A stretch of 64,000 bases of DNA from Bacteroidota bacterium (GCA_037033465.1 JAZBLX010000002.1:109299-173298), one strand, 5' to 3'. Positions 20,917-30,319 are shown, counted from the first letter of the stretch. Notes: generated from the letters alone by a model not told the origin. Numbers and translations are program-made.

Positions 20917-22815
20917 TTATTTCAAAGCCTTCGCCGCTTCGATGATCTCTTCCACTACATTTGGATCGAGTAAGGTAGAAGTATCGCCTAAATTAGCAGT
21001 ATCGCCTTCGGCAATTTTTCTTAAAATCCTGCGCATAATTTTGCCGGAACGCGTTTTAGGTAAGCCGGAAACAAATAGGATTTTATCTGGTTTTGCAATG
21101 GCACCAATTACCCTGGTAACCGTTTGCAGGATATCTTTTTTGGTTAATTCTGCTTCACCATGCATCTCCGGGTTGATCACAAACGCATAAATACCTTGTC
21201 CTTTCACTTCATGTGGATAACCTACCACGGCACTTTCTACCACCCCCGCGTGCATGTTAATGGCATTTTCTACTTCAGCAGTACCAATTCGATGACCTGA
21301 AACATTTAAAACATCATCTACCCGACCAGTAATCCGGTAATAGCCATCCGCATCACGCAAACATCCGTCTCCGGTAAAATACAGATCCGGATAAGTAGAG
21401 AAATAAGTTTGCTTGCAACGCTCATGATCGCCATAAGTTGTTCTTAACATGCCCGGCCAAGGGAATTTAATACAAAGGTTACCCATCACATCATTTCCTA
21501 AAATTTCTTTTCCATTTTCATCCACCAAAATCGGCTGAATTCCTGGTAAAGGTAAAGTAGCGAAACTCGGTTTAGTTGGCGTAACAGTGGCTATCGGTGA
21601 AATCATAATCCCTCCGGTTTCCGTTTGCCACCAGGTATCAACAATCGGCGCCTTGCCATGCCCTATTTTTTCATCAAACCAATGCCAGGCTTCTTCGTTA
21701 ATCGGCTCCCCCACCGACCCTAAAACACGAATGGAACTTAAATCCTTTCCTTCCAATGGTTCATCGCCATAACTCATTAAAGAGCGAATAGCAGTAGGTG
21801 CGGTATAAAGTGTATTTACTTTATGCTTTTCCACCACATCCCAAAAACGCGATGGTGTTGGGTATGTAGGAATCCCCTCGAACAAAACAGAGGTAGCGCC
21901 TTGAGACAGCGGACCGTAAACGATATAAGAGTGACCGGTAATCCAGCCAATATCTGCCGTACAAAAATAAACTTCGCCCGGTTGATAATTAAAAACATTG
22001 GCAAATGTATAGCCTGCATAAACCATATAGCCACCGCAAGTATGTACTACTCCTTTAGGTTTTCCAGTTGAGCCTGAAGTATAAAGAATGAAAAGCATAT
22101 CTTCAGCATCCATTTCTTCGGCCTCACAAATATCGTTAACGTGTTTAACTTCATCCTCCCACCAAACGTCGCGCCCCTTTAACATAGAAACCGGAGTACG
22201 CACATGCGTTAGCACGATACACTTTTCTACCGTTGGACAACCGATTAAAGCGTCATCAATTACATCTTTTAAAGGGATTTGTTTACTTCCACGGTAGGCA
22301 CCATCTGCTGTGATGACTACTTTACATTGCGAATCGTTGATGCGATCTGCAATAGATTTAGCAGAGAATCCACCAAAAATTACAGAGTGCACCGCACCAA
22401 TTCTTGCACAAGCCAAAACGGCAATGGCGAGCTCCGGTACCATGGGCATATAAATACAAATACGATCGCCTTTTTTAGCCCCGTTACGTTTTAATACATT
22501 CGCAAAACGGCAAACACGTTCGTGCAACATCTTATAAGTTAGGGTTACACTCTCCTCTTCAGGGTTATTGGGTTCCCAGATGATGGCTGGTTTATTGCCA
22601 TTTTTTTCCAGATGACGATCAAGACAATTTTCGGTAATATTAAGTTTTGCACCTTCAAACCATTTGATATTAGGTTCTTTAAAATCCCATGATAGTACTT
22701 TAAACCAGGGTTTTCGCCATTGAAAATTCTGCGCAACTTCGCCCCAGAATTGCTCGGGATTTTCTACGCTTTTCTTAAAATCTTCTTCGTATTGCTTAAA
22801 AAATGTAATTTGCAT
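20917..22815 (-). CDS. acs: Acetyl-CoA synthetase (AMP-forming)
   Basis: 632 aa. YTSGSTGKPKG AMP-binding motif and C-terminal SGKIMRR. Confidence 0.93.
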   Translation of the reverse strand: MQITFFKQYEEDFKKSVENPEQFWGEVAQNFQWRKPWFKVLSWDFKEPNIKWFEGAKLNITENCLDRHLEKNGNKPAIIWEPNNPEEESVTLTYKMLHERVCRFANVLKRNGAKKGDRICIYMPMVPELAIAVLACARIGAVHSVIFGGFSAKSIADRINDSQCKVVITADGAYRGSKQIPLKDVIDDALIGCPTVEKCIVLTHVRTPVSMLKGRDVWWEDEVKHVNDICEAEEMDAEDMLFILYTSGSTGKPKGVVHTCGGYMVYAGYTFANVFNYQPGEVYFCTADIGWITGHSYIVYGPLSQGATSVLFEGIPTYPTPSRFWDVVEKHKVNTLYTAPTAIRSLMSYGDEPLEGKDLSSIRVLGSVGEPINEEAWHWFDEKIGHGKAPIVDTWWQTETGGIMISPIATVTPTKPSFATLPLPGIQPILVDENGKEILGNDVMGNLCIKFPWPGMLRTTYGDHERCKQTYFSTYPDLYFTGDGCLRDADGYYRITGRVDDVLNVSGHRIGTAEVENAINMHAGVVESAVVGYPHEVKGQGIYAFVINPEMHGEAELTKKDILQTVTRVIGAIAKPDKILFVSGLPKTRSGKIMRRILRKIAEGDTANLGDTSTLLDPNVVEEIIEAAKALK

Positions 22816-23028
22816 TGCTCGTTGATATGTTTTGGATTAGTATCGGCTAATTTAATTAAATAATGATAAGGAGAAATATCCAAACCACATTAAAATCAAT
22901 CCGGTGTATTAATTAAAAAATATATGAAAATATTTAGCACCACTCTTGCTGTTTTCATTTATTATTCAGATATTTGCACACTCTTAAAAAAATTAAGCGG
23001 ACGATATTAACAACTATATTTACAAGTC

Positions 23029-23262
23029 ATGTCAAGAGTTTGTGATTTAACAGGAAAAAAAGCAATGGTAGGTAACAACGTTTCTCACTCAAACGTTAAA
23101 ACCAAACGCAAATTTTACCCGAACCTTCAACTTCAGAAATTTTATATTCCTGAAGAAAACCGTTGGATTACGTTGAAAGTTTCGACTTCAGCGATTAAAA
23201 CCATTAATAAAGTGGGTATCAGCGAAGCCATCAACCGTTTCGTTAAAAAAGGATTTTTGTAA
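23029..23262 (+). CDS. rpmB: 50S ribosomal protein L28
   Basis: [31 protein letters not shown] is canonical L28. Confidence 0.93.
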   Translation: MSRVCDLTGKKAMVGNNVSHSNVKTKRKFYPNLQLQKFYIPEENRWITLKVSTSAIKTINKVGISEAINRFVKKGFL

Positions 23263-23305
23263 AAAACATTAACTGTTGAGATTAACAGTTTAAATTTATA
23301 TTATA

Positions 23306-23488
23306 ATGGCAAAAAAAGGTAACAGAGTTCAGGTTATTTTAGAATGTACTGAACATAAAGAAAGTGGCATGCCAGGTATGTCTAGATATATTTCTACCAA
23401 AAACCGTAAAAACACAACCGAGCGTTTAGAATTGAAAAAATTCAATCCAGTGTTGAGAAAAGTAACCGTACATAAAGAAATTAAATAG
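23306..23488 (+). CDS. rpmG: 50S ribosomal protein L33
   Basis: [17 protein letters not shown]......[24 protein letters not shown] is canonical L33. Confidence 0.93.
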   Translation: MAKKGNRVQVILECTEHKESGMPGMSRYISTKNRKNTTERLELKKFNPVLRKVTVHKEIK

Positions 23489-23559
23489 TTGAATGATAGA
23501 TTGACCGATTGATTGAATTTATTTCAATCCTTCCAACATTCTCTAACTCAATCATTAAA
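23489..23559 (+). repeat. Heptamer-phased imperfect hairpin element in the rpmG-DUF4295 spacer
   Basis: TGAATGA TAGATTG ACCGATT GATTGAA TTTATTT CAATCCT TCCAACA TTCTCTA ACTCAAT CATTAAA. The central perfect 7-bp stem is GATTGAA (23511-17) / TTCAATC (23523-29). Confidence 0.6.
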
Positions 23560-23570
23560 AACATAAGAAC

Positions 23571-23726
23571 ATGGCAAAGAAAGTAGTTGCGACCCTTAAA
23601 ACAGGTAGTGGTAAAGAATATTCGAAAGTAATTACAATGGTAAAATCACCAAAAACTGGTGCTTACTCATTCAAAGAACTTATCGTTCATAACGACCACG
23701 TAAAAGATGCTATTGCATCTAAATAA
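23571..23726 (+). CDS. DUF4295-family small protein (conserved partner of rpmB-rpmG in Bacteroidota)
   Basis: 51-aa ORF below the track cutoff: MAKKVVATLKTGSGKEYSKVITMVKSPKTGAYSFKELIVHNDHVKDAIASK. The position after rpmG and a terminator right after it match the known synteny. Confidence 0.75.
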   Translation: MAKKVVATLKTGSGKEYSKVITMVKSPKTGAYSFKELIVHNDHVKDAIASK

Positions 23727-23759
23727 GATTAATATTTTTTAATATTGAAAATATTAAAG

Positions 23760-23791
23760 GCCGTTCCGTTTTAACCGGAAGGGCTTTTTTT
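23760..23791 (+). terminator. Intrinsic terminator after the ribosomal-protein mini-operon
   Basis: GCCGTTCCG pairs with CGGAAGGGC (one G-G mismatch), followed by a T7 run. Confidence 0.7.
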
Positions 23792-23810
23792 GTTATATAA
23801 AAATTTAGAT

Positions 23811-24773
23811 ATGGGCTTATTCGATTTTTTCAAAAAGAAAGAAACTGCACCTGAAGCACAAGAAGCTTTAGACAAAGGTTTAGAAAAGACCAAAGATGGT
23901 TTTTTCAATAAAATAACCAAAGCTGTCGCAGGTAAATCTTCTGTTGATGATGAGGTACTCGATAACCTGGAAGAGGTTTTAGTTACCTCTGACGTTGGCG
24001 TAAGCACTACATTAAAAATTATCAAACGGATTGAAGAGCGTGTCTCCAAGGATAAATACCTCAATACTTCAGAACTTAATTATATCCTGAGAGATGAAAT
24101 TCAGCTTTTACTGGCCGAAAACAACAGCAACGATTTCCGTCAGTTCGAATATGGCGACCATAAACCCTATGTAATTATGGTGGTTGGCGTTAACGGCGTG
24201 GGTAAAACTACCACTATCGGAAAGCTGGCGCATAAGTTAAAAGAATCGGGACTTAAAGTGGTATTGGGCGCTGCCGATACTTTCAGGGCTGCAGCGGTAG
24301 ACCAGATTAAACTTTGGGGTGAACGTGTTGGTGTTAGGGTAGTGGCGCAGGCGATGGGTTCTGACCCGGCTTCTGTTGCTTTCGATACTTTACAATCTGC
24401 TGTAGCTGCAGGTGAAGATGTGGTAATTATTGATACTGCAGGTCGCTTGCATAATAAAGTAGGCTTAATGAATGAGCTTGGCAAAATTAAGCAGGTAATG
24501 CAGAAGGTTGTTCCAAATGCGCCGCATGAAATTTTATTGGTTTTGGATGCTTCAACTGGCCAGAATGCTTTTGAACAATGTAAACAGTTTACAGAAGCTA
24601 CTGATGTGAATGCATTAGCCATCACCAAACTTGATGGAACAGCAAAAGGTGGCGTGGTCATCGGAATTTCAGATCAGTTTAGAATCCCGGTGAAATATAT
24701 TGGTGTAGGTGAAAAAATAGGAGATTTACAGCTATTCGATAAAAAGGAATTTGTGAATAGTTTGTTTAAATAA
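23811..24773 (+). CDS. ftsY: Signal recognition particle receptor FtsY
   Basis: MGLFDFFKKK start and the SRP GTPase motifs GVNGVGKTT, DTAGR, TKLDG. The track start at 23790 is a TTG inside the terminator T-run, so ATG 23811 is preferred. Confidence 0.92.
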   Translation: MGLFDFFKKKETAPEAQEALDKGLEKTKDGFFNKITKAVAGKSSVDDEVLDNLEEVLVTSDVGVSTTLKIIKRIEERVSKDKYLNTSELNYILRDEIQLLLAENNSNDFRQFEYGDHKPYVIMVVGVNGVGKTTTIGKLAHKLKESGLKVVLGAADTFRAAAVDQIKLWGERVGVRVVAQAMGSDPASVAFDTLQSAVAAGEDVVIIDTAGRLHNKVGLMNELGKIKQVMQKVVPNAPHEILLVLDASTGQNAFEQCKQFTEATDVNALAITKLDGTAKGGVVIGISDQFRIPVKYIGVGEKIGDLQLFDKKEFVNSLFK

Positions 24774-24778
24774 CGCAA

Positions 24779-25290
24779 GCGGTTAAGCACAGATCTTTCA
24801 CTTCGTGGATGATTTCACAGATTGTTGGATTACACAGATTATCAGTAACTTCAACAATGGAAGAATATGAAAATCATGAACTTACCAGAATTATTATTGG
24901 CTGTTGCTACGAAGTTCGTAATCAGCTAGGACCAGGCTTTTTAGAGAAGATCTATGTTAATGCCCTTAAAATAAAACTTCAGCAAGCTGGGTTAAAATTT
25001 GATGTTGAGAAGGAGTTTGTAGTGAGGTTTGAAGACCAAATTATTGGTAAATTTAGATGTGACCTGGTTGTAGAGCAAAAGGTAATTGTTGAATTAAAAT
25101 CTGTAACGGGTTATCAACCTAAATTATTTCAGAACCAACTTATATCTTATTTAAAAGCCAGTAAAATTAAGACTGGATTACTGATTAACTTTGGCAACAC
25201 AAGCTGTGAGGTAAAAAGAATAGCTGTGTAGTCCTTTAAAATATCCACAATAGAATCTGTGGAATCGCTAGATCTGTGGAATCAAACCGC
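24779..25290 (+). mobile_element. Putative insertion cassette carrying a GxxExxY gene, bounded by inverted repeats
   Basis: The left end is GCGGTT(aag)CACAGATCT (24779-24796) and the right end is AGATCTGTG(gaatca)AACCGC (25270-25290), which are mutually inverted. Inner extra copies are GATTTCACAGATT (24811-23), GGATTACACAGATT (24827-40) and GAATCTGTGGAATC (25253-66). Confidence 0.4.
24857..25231 (+). CDS. GxxExxY-family protein (PD-(D/E)XK nuclease-like fold)
   Basis: IIGCCYEV...LGPGFLEKIY..AL...L..AG........V.V.F....IG.FRCDLVVE..VIVELKSV pattern, including the G-x2-E-x2-Y signature. Start taken at MEEYENHEL, because the longer track ORF would translate the flanking repeat. Confidence 0.75.
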   Translation: MEEYENHELTRIIIGCCYEVRNQLGPGFLEKIYVNALKIKLQQAGLKFDVEKEFVVRFEDQIIGKFRCDLVVEQKVIVELKSVTGYQPKLFQNQLISYLKASKIKTGLLINFGNTSCEVKRIAV

Positions 25291-25313
25291 AAGGAAGCGT
25301 AAATAAAATTAAT

Positions 25314-26645
25314 ATGAATACCAAAATAGTAAGAAGTAAAAGCGCAATAAAACAACCTAAAATCAATGTGATTACTTTGGGTTGCTCAAAAAACATCTAC
25401 GATTCGGAAGTGTTAATGGGTCAGTTGCGTGGAAACAATTTAAATGTGGTTCACGAATCTGATAAGATGGGGAAAGATGATATCGTGGTAATCAATACCT
25501 GCGGTTTTATCGACAATGCTAAACAAGAATCAATTGATACCATTCTGCAATTTAGTGAATTAAAAGAAGCAGGTAAGATTGGAAAGGTAGTGGTAACCGG
25601 TTGCTTATCGGAACGCTACAAACCAGAGTTAGAATCAGAAATAACCAACGTTGATGCCTTTTTCGGCACGAACGACTTACAAAATATCCTGCACGAATTA
25701 GGGGCAAACTACAAACACGAACTCATTGGTGAACGTTTGCTCACCACGCCATCACACTTTGCTTATTTCAAAATAGCAGAAGGTTGTAATCGCCCATGCT
25801 CATTTTGCGCCATCCCGCTGATGCGAGGAAAGCACATGAGTAAGCCGATGGAAGAATTGGTGAATGAGGCAAAAATTCTTGCTAAAAACGGCACGAAAGA
25901 GCTGATCTTAATTGCACAGGATCTTACCTATTACGGATTAGATTTATATGGCGTCCGCAAACTAGATGAATTGATGCGTCGCCTCTCTGATGTACCGGGC
26001 ATTGAGTGGATTCGTTTGCAATATGCTTACCCAAGTGGTTTCCCGATGGAAATTCTGGATGCCATGAATGAGCGTGATAACATCTGTAAATACCTGGATA
26101 TGCCGTTACAGCACATTACCGACAATATGTTGAAATCGATGCGTCGTGGTACTACTAAGCAAAAGACAATCGACCTGGTAAATCAAATTAGAGATAAGGT
26201 TCCGAATATTGCCATGCGTACCACATTAATTTGCGGTTATCCAGGCGAAACACAACAGGATTTTGAAGAAATGGCTGCCTGGGTGGCTGATACAAAATTT
26301 GATCGTTTAGGTTGCTTTACTTATTCTCACGAAGAAAAAACACATGCCCATACCCTAATTGATGATGTTCCTGATGAAGTAAAACAACAGCGTGTTGATG
26401 ATATTATGGAAATTCAACAAGGCATATCTTTCGATATCAACCAAGAGAAAGTTGGCCAAACATTTAAAGTATTAATTGATAAAAAAGAAGGTGACTTCTT
26501 TGTAGGAAGAACAGAATTTGATTCCCCTGAAGTAGATAACGAAGTTTTAATCGATGCTGCAACTGGTTATGCGGCCAATGGAAGTTTCGTACAGGTGAAA
26601 ATAGACAGAGCAGAAGATTTCGATTTATACGGCACAATCGTTTAA
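25314..26645 (+). CDS. rimO: Ribosomal protein S12 methylthiotransferase RimO
   Basis: 443 aa. UPF0004 N-domain (VITLGCSKN), radical-SAM CNRPCSFCAIP, C-terminal TRAM domain. Confidence 0.9.
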   Translation: MNTKIVRSKSAIKQPKINVITLGCSKNIYDSEVLMGQLRGNNLNVVHESDKMGKDDIVVINTCGFIDNAKQESIDTILQFSELKEAGKIGKVVVTGCLSERYKPELESEITNVDAFFGTNDLQNILHELGANYKHELIGERLLTTPSHFAYFKIAEGCNRPCSFCAIPLMRGKHMSKPMEELVNEAKILAKNGTKELILIAQDLTYYGLDLYGVRKLDELMRRLSDVPGIEWIRLQYAYPSGFPMEILDAMNERDNICKYLDMPLQHITDNMLKSMRRGTTKQKTIDLVNQIRDKVPNIAMRTTLICGYPGETQQDFEEMAAWVADTKFDRLGCFTYSHEEKTHAHTLIDDVPDEVKQQRVDDIMEIQQGISFDINQEKVGQTFKVLIDKKEGDFFVGRTEFDSPEVDNEVLIDAATGYAANGSFVQVKIDRAEDFDLYGTIV

Positions 26646-26663
26646 GATAATTACCTTTAAATT

Positions 26664-26698
26664 AATCCCGATAAGCAATCGCCTATCGGGATTTTTTT
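26664..26698 (+). terminator. Intrinsic terminator after rimO
   Basis: AATCCCGATA pairs with TATCGGGATT, followed by T7. Confidence 0.85.
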
Positions 26699-26761
26699 GC
26701 ACTATTATTCCTGTTCTGTAGCGATCTCAGGATTGCAGTCGTTTAATGGAAAAAACTAATC

Positions 26762-27265
26762 ATGAAAAAAGTCTTTATCGTTCTCGCAGTGATGTTTATT
26801 GTTGGCATTGGTTGCAAAAAAACACTTGATCCGGGCGGTGGCCCATGTGCATGCTCACCCATTTCGAATGTTTATTTTAGTTTATCGGTTAAAAGCAGTA
26901 ACGGTTCCGATTTACTTAATGCTACAAATCCGGGCGCCTACAACAAAGATCAAATTCAACTTTATTACAAAGATGCCCAAGGTGTTTCAAAATCGGTAGA
27001 CTTCTCCATTCGACCGCCTTTTTCAACACCAAAAACGACCTATGCATTCAATCAATTATTTTCCAATACCCTGGCGGAGATCGCACGGAGTGGCAACCAT
27101 ATTTTTTTCTTAAAATTAGGCGACCGTCAGCCCATGGAATTGAATGTTAAAGTTGTTGGAACTAAAACAGAACGGCTGCTGATTGATCAGGTAGAAGTGC
27201 CCCTTGAACCTGCCACAGCAGACAATGAACTCTACCTTAAAAGTATCTTTTCGTTAAAATTATAG
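26762..27265 (+). CDS. Hypothetical lipoprotein
   Basis: 167 aa. Signal peptide with lipobox VGIGC. No recognisable catalytic motif. Confidence 0.6.
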   Translation: MKKVFIVLAVMFIVGIGCKKTLDPGGGPCACSPISNVYFSLSVKSSNGSDLLNATNPGAYNKDQIQLYYKDAQGVSKSVDFSIRPPFSTPKTTYAFNQLFSNTLAEIARSGNHIFFLKLGDRQPMELNVKVVGTKTERLLIDQVEVPLEPATADNELYLKSIFSLKL

Positions 27266-27272
27266 CCCATAA

Positions 27273-27304
27273 AAAAGCAGCTCAGTTTTGGTGAGCTGCT
27301 TTTG
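27273..27304. terminator. Bidirectional intrinsic terminator
   Basis: AAAAGCAGCTCA pairs with TGAGCTGCTTTT, between convergent genes. Confidence 0.85.
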
Positions 27305-27324
27305 TAAATTATACTGGCCAGAAA

Positions 27325-27666
27325 CTATTTTTTAGATGCCGGTCTGATTTTAATCTGGCTAGGTTTTAACCAGATTTTTGCACCTTTAGCATTCACATAA
27401 TATTTCTCATTCTTTGCATTGATGTAAACATCAGAACCATCTGGTGCCATTCTACCTTTCCAGGTCTTATCAGCAACCTTAGAACCACCTTTAACTGCTA
27501 TTTCAGCAGTTTTATTACCTACTGATTTTGCGCCCTTGCCAATTGCCTTACCCGTATGATCCAATGCTTTCCCAACTTCTGTTTTTTTCTCTTGCGCACC
27601 AGCACTGAAGGTTAATCCACCAACTAATGCAAGCGCTAATAATCCGATTGAAAATTTCTTTTTCAT
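27325..27666 (-). CDS. Hypothetical secreted Lys/Gly-rich small protein
   Basis: Start taken at MKKKFSIGLLALALVGGLTFSAGAQ (signal peptide). About 113 aa. Confidence 0.55.
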   Translation of the reverse strand: MKKKFSIGLLALALVGGLTFSAGAQEKKTEVGKALDHTGKAIGKGAKSVGNKTAEIAVKGGSKVADKTWKGRMAPDGSDVYINAKNEKYYVNAKGAKIWLKPSQIKIRPASKK

Positions 27667-27837
27667 GGCTTTTATATTTATTTCAGGTGATAACAGCGAA
27701 TGCATTGATTTGTTTTAATTCACAGCCTTACAAACTGTTAAATTAATTTTAACACATTAGGGTGGTTATCTAAGCCCAGGTTAAATCATTTTAGTAGCCA
27801 ACAATTTGCCAGAACTATAGATTGGACTTTTAGCTAA

Positions 27838-28836
27838 TCAATTTAATTTCTCAGCTAGTAACTTCATCTCAATCCTTGGAGATCGGTTTCCATATAGAAT
27901 GTTATGAACAGCTTTGCTTATGGGCATATCTACATCATAAGCCTGATTTTTGATGTGCATACATTTTACCGCATAATAACCCTCAGCAATCATGTTCATT
28001 TCCAGTTGTGCCGATTTAACGGTATAGCCCTTCCCTACCATATTCCCGAAAGTACGGTTACGGCTAAACTGGGAATAAGCAGTTACCAAAAGGTCGCCGA
28101 GATAGGCAGACTCTTTAATGTCGCGGTTAATAGGGTGTACTGCATCAACAAAGCGTTTAATTTCACGAATGGCATTGCTAATTAAAACTGCCTGGAAATT
28201 ATCGCCATAACCAATACCATGACAAATGCCACTTGCAACAGCATAAATATTTTTTAATACTGCGGCGTATTCGGTTCCAAAAATATCATCAGAAACATTG
28301 GTTTTAATATACCTGTTATTCAAGAAAGCAGCAAATGTAGAAGCCACCTGAATATCAGTGCAGGCAATTGTGAGATAGGAAAGTTTTTCGAAAGCGACCT
28401 CTTCCGCATGACAAGGACCACTTACTACCAAAATATCATCATAGGGAACTCCGTAAATTTCATGTAAAAACTCTCCGATAATCAGATTATCTTCGGGTAC
28501 GATTCCTTTAATAGCAGAAACAATTTTCTTTCCTTTCAAATCTTCGGCTGTTATCCCTTTCAAACTCTCCTTTAAAAAAGCAGCGGGAACATTTAAGATC
28601 ACAAAATCAGCCGATTTAATGATGCAGGCGATATCTGATGAGATATTATCTTCAGGCAGTTTAATTTCTACAGAACTTAAATAATGAGGATTATGCTTGA
28701 ATTTGTTGATGTGTTCTATCGCCACTTCATTCCGCATCCACCAATATATTTCCTTCTCTGAAGTATTGTCAGACAGCATTTTTACAATAGCTGTAGCCCA
28801 ACTACCGCCCCCTATCATCGCTATTTTAGGTACCAT
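27838..28836 (-). CDS. gpsA: NAD(P)H-dependent glycerol-3-phosphate dehydrogenase
   Basis: 332 aa. IAMIGGGSWATA Rossmann motif and the overall GpsA pattern. Confidence 0.9.
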   Translation of the reverse strand: MVPKIAMIGGGSWATAIVKMLSDNTSEKEIYWWMRNEVAIEHINKFKHNPHYLSSVEIKLPEDNISSDIACIIKSADFVILNVPAAFLKESLKGITAEDLKGKKIVSAIKGIVPEDNLIIGEFLHEIYGVPYDDILVVSGPCHAEEVAFEKLSYLTIACTDIQVASTFAAFLNNRYIKTNVSDDIFGTEYAAVLKNIYAVASGICHGIGYGDNFQAVLISNAIREIKRFVDAVHPINRDIKESAYLGDLLVTAYSQFSRNRTFGNMVGKGYTVKSAQLEMNMIAEGYYAVKCMHIKNQAYDVDMPISKAVHNILYGNRSPRIEMKLLAEKLN

Positions 28837-28846
28837 GTTTATAAAA

Positions 28847-28923
28847 AAGGTTTAAGGTAAAAGGTGTAAAATTTAGGGTTCAGACAATCTGCCTTAAACC
28901 CTAAACCTTACACCTTAAACAAC
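28847..28923 (-). repeat. Heptamer-phased hairpin element (AAGGTNN words / AAACCTT words)
   Basis: AAGGTTT AAGGTAA AAGGTGT AAAATTT AGGGTTC AGACAAT CTGCCTT AAACCCT AAACCTT ACACCTT AAACAAC. The arms are complementary at word level, with one unit bulged. Confidence 0.8.
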
Positions 28924-28955
28924 GCAAGTTACTATTTCTTGCGATTAATTATAAA

Positions 28956-30290
28956 CTACTTTTTACCGTCTTTGCTAAACAATTGGTCTTTAGCCGTTTT
29001 TTCTACAATCATCCCATCCTTTAGTTTATTCTGGATAGCGGAATAAGGACCGGTTACAATTTCTTGTCCAGATTTAATACCCGATTTAACAATGATAAAC
29101 TGGTCATTCTGGATGCCTGTGGTGACTTCGATCTTTTTAACTTTCTTAGTTTTAGCATCATAAGCATACACAAACTGCTTAACTTTCTTATCTGTAAGTT
29201 TTGATTTTTGTTTATCAGCATTTTCCTGGTTGCCCTGGTTTTCATCAGCACCTTTACCGCTCTCAGTAAATACCGCCTGAATTGGAATTGCTAAACCATT
29301 AAGCGAAGCACTTTCAATATCTACTGTTGCAGACATCCCCGGGCGGAAGATTGATTGTTGCTTACCCTCCATTACCTCCGTGATTCTGATTTTTACAGAG
29401 AAATTTGTCACCTGATCTACAGAAGTAGAAGTTGCCGTTCCAACAGCAGTTGATGAACTGGCTATTTCAGTAACTACTCCTCTAAATTTTTTATCAGAAA
29501 ATGCATCTACTTCAATGGAAGCTTTATCACCTACCTTCACACGGGTAATGTCGTTCTCGTTAACATCTACATTAACTTCCATTGATGATAAATTTGAGAT
29601 TCGCATAATTTCCGTACCTGCCATTTGTGAGGTACCTAAGATACGATCACCTAATTCGATAGAAAGTTTGGAAACCACACCATCAGCTGGAGCATAAATC
29701 GTTGTTCTGGCAAGGTTAGCACCTGCTTCTTTCACATTTGCACCAGTTTGTTCCAGTGTAAATTTAGCACCGGTTACACTTTCTTTTGCACTGGCTAAAG
29801 TTGCTTTAGCGGTTAAATATGCAGCTTTGGCCGAATCAAATTCAGAGGCCGAAATCACCTTTTTCTTAAATAGCTCTACATTACGTTTATAAGTAGCTTC
29901 AGCATTAGCAAAGTTGGCCTGGTTCTGGATAAGCTGTTGTTGCGCAGCCGCAACACTTGCTTTTTGCGCATTAAAGGTTGCTACGGTCCGTTCGTATCCG
30001 GATTGTAAAATATCCGGACGAACCTTACAAAGTAACTGACCGGCTTTTACAATATCTCCTTCTTTAACTGTCAATTGCACTACCTCTCCCGAAACTTCAG
30101 AACTTAATTTGACTTCCGTTTCTGGTTGGATTTTTCCACTTGCCGTAACCGTTTCTACAACAGTTTTTGCCGAAGCTTTTTCGGTAGTTACTTTTTCAGT
30201 TTTTTCGCCACCGATTACTCCCGTAAGCTTCAGTATGATTAAAATGGCAATGATCACACCAATGGTAATGAGTATGTGCTTCAGTTTCAT
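28956..30290 (-). CDS. Efflux transporter periplasmic adaptor (HlyD/MacA-like membrane fusion protein)
   Basis: 444 aa. N-terminal TM anchor, lipoyl/barrel-sandwich segments (GEVVQL.VKEGD.VKAGQLL) and coiled-coil hairpin. Confidence 0.85.
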   Translation of the reverse strand: MKLKHILITIGVIIAILIILKLTGVIGGEKTEKVTTEKASAKTVVETVTASGKIQPETEVKLSSEVSGEVVQLTVKEGDIVKAGQLLCKVRPDILQSGYERTVATFNAQKASVAAAQQQLIQNQANFANAEATYKRNVELFKKKVISASEFDSAKAAYLTAKATLASAKESVTGAKFTLEQTGANVKEAGANLARTTIYAPADGVVSKLSIELGDRILGTSQMAGTEIMRISNLSSMEVNVDVNENDITRVKVGDKASIEVDAFSDKKFRGVVTEIASSSTAVGTATSTSVDQVTNFSVKIRITEVMEGKQQSIFRPGMSATVDIESASLNGLAIPIQAVFTESGKGADENQGNQENADKQKSKLTDKKVKQFVYAYDAKTKKVKKIEVTTGIQNDQFIIVKSGIKSGQEIVTGPYSAIQNKLKDGMIVEKTAKDQLFSKDGKK

Positions 30291-30319
30291 AATTGTTAAT
30301 GTGTTTCCTTTGTGGTTAT

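Noticed and set aside
22816-23028. Bacteroidota-type promoter boxes (TTG / TAnnTTTG) near rpmB, acnA and susC
   Set aside because: Only near-matches were seen by eye (e.g. GATATTTG, TATATTTA). Without TSS data I cannot support specific calls.
24167-24661. Long antisense ORFs inside well-supported genes (this one in ftsY; also 60573-61046 and 61107-61487 in kdpB, 51542-52045 in PIG-L, 11299-11682 in surE, 33154-33471 in acnA, 43216-43539 in the OMP gene)
   Set aside because: They lie fully within strongly motif-supported genes on the other strand. Their translations are low-complexity with no motifs, which is typical of shadow ORFs.
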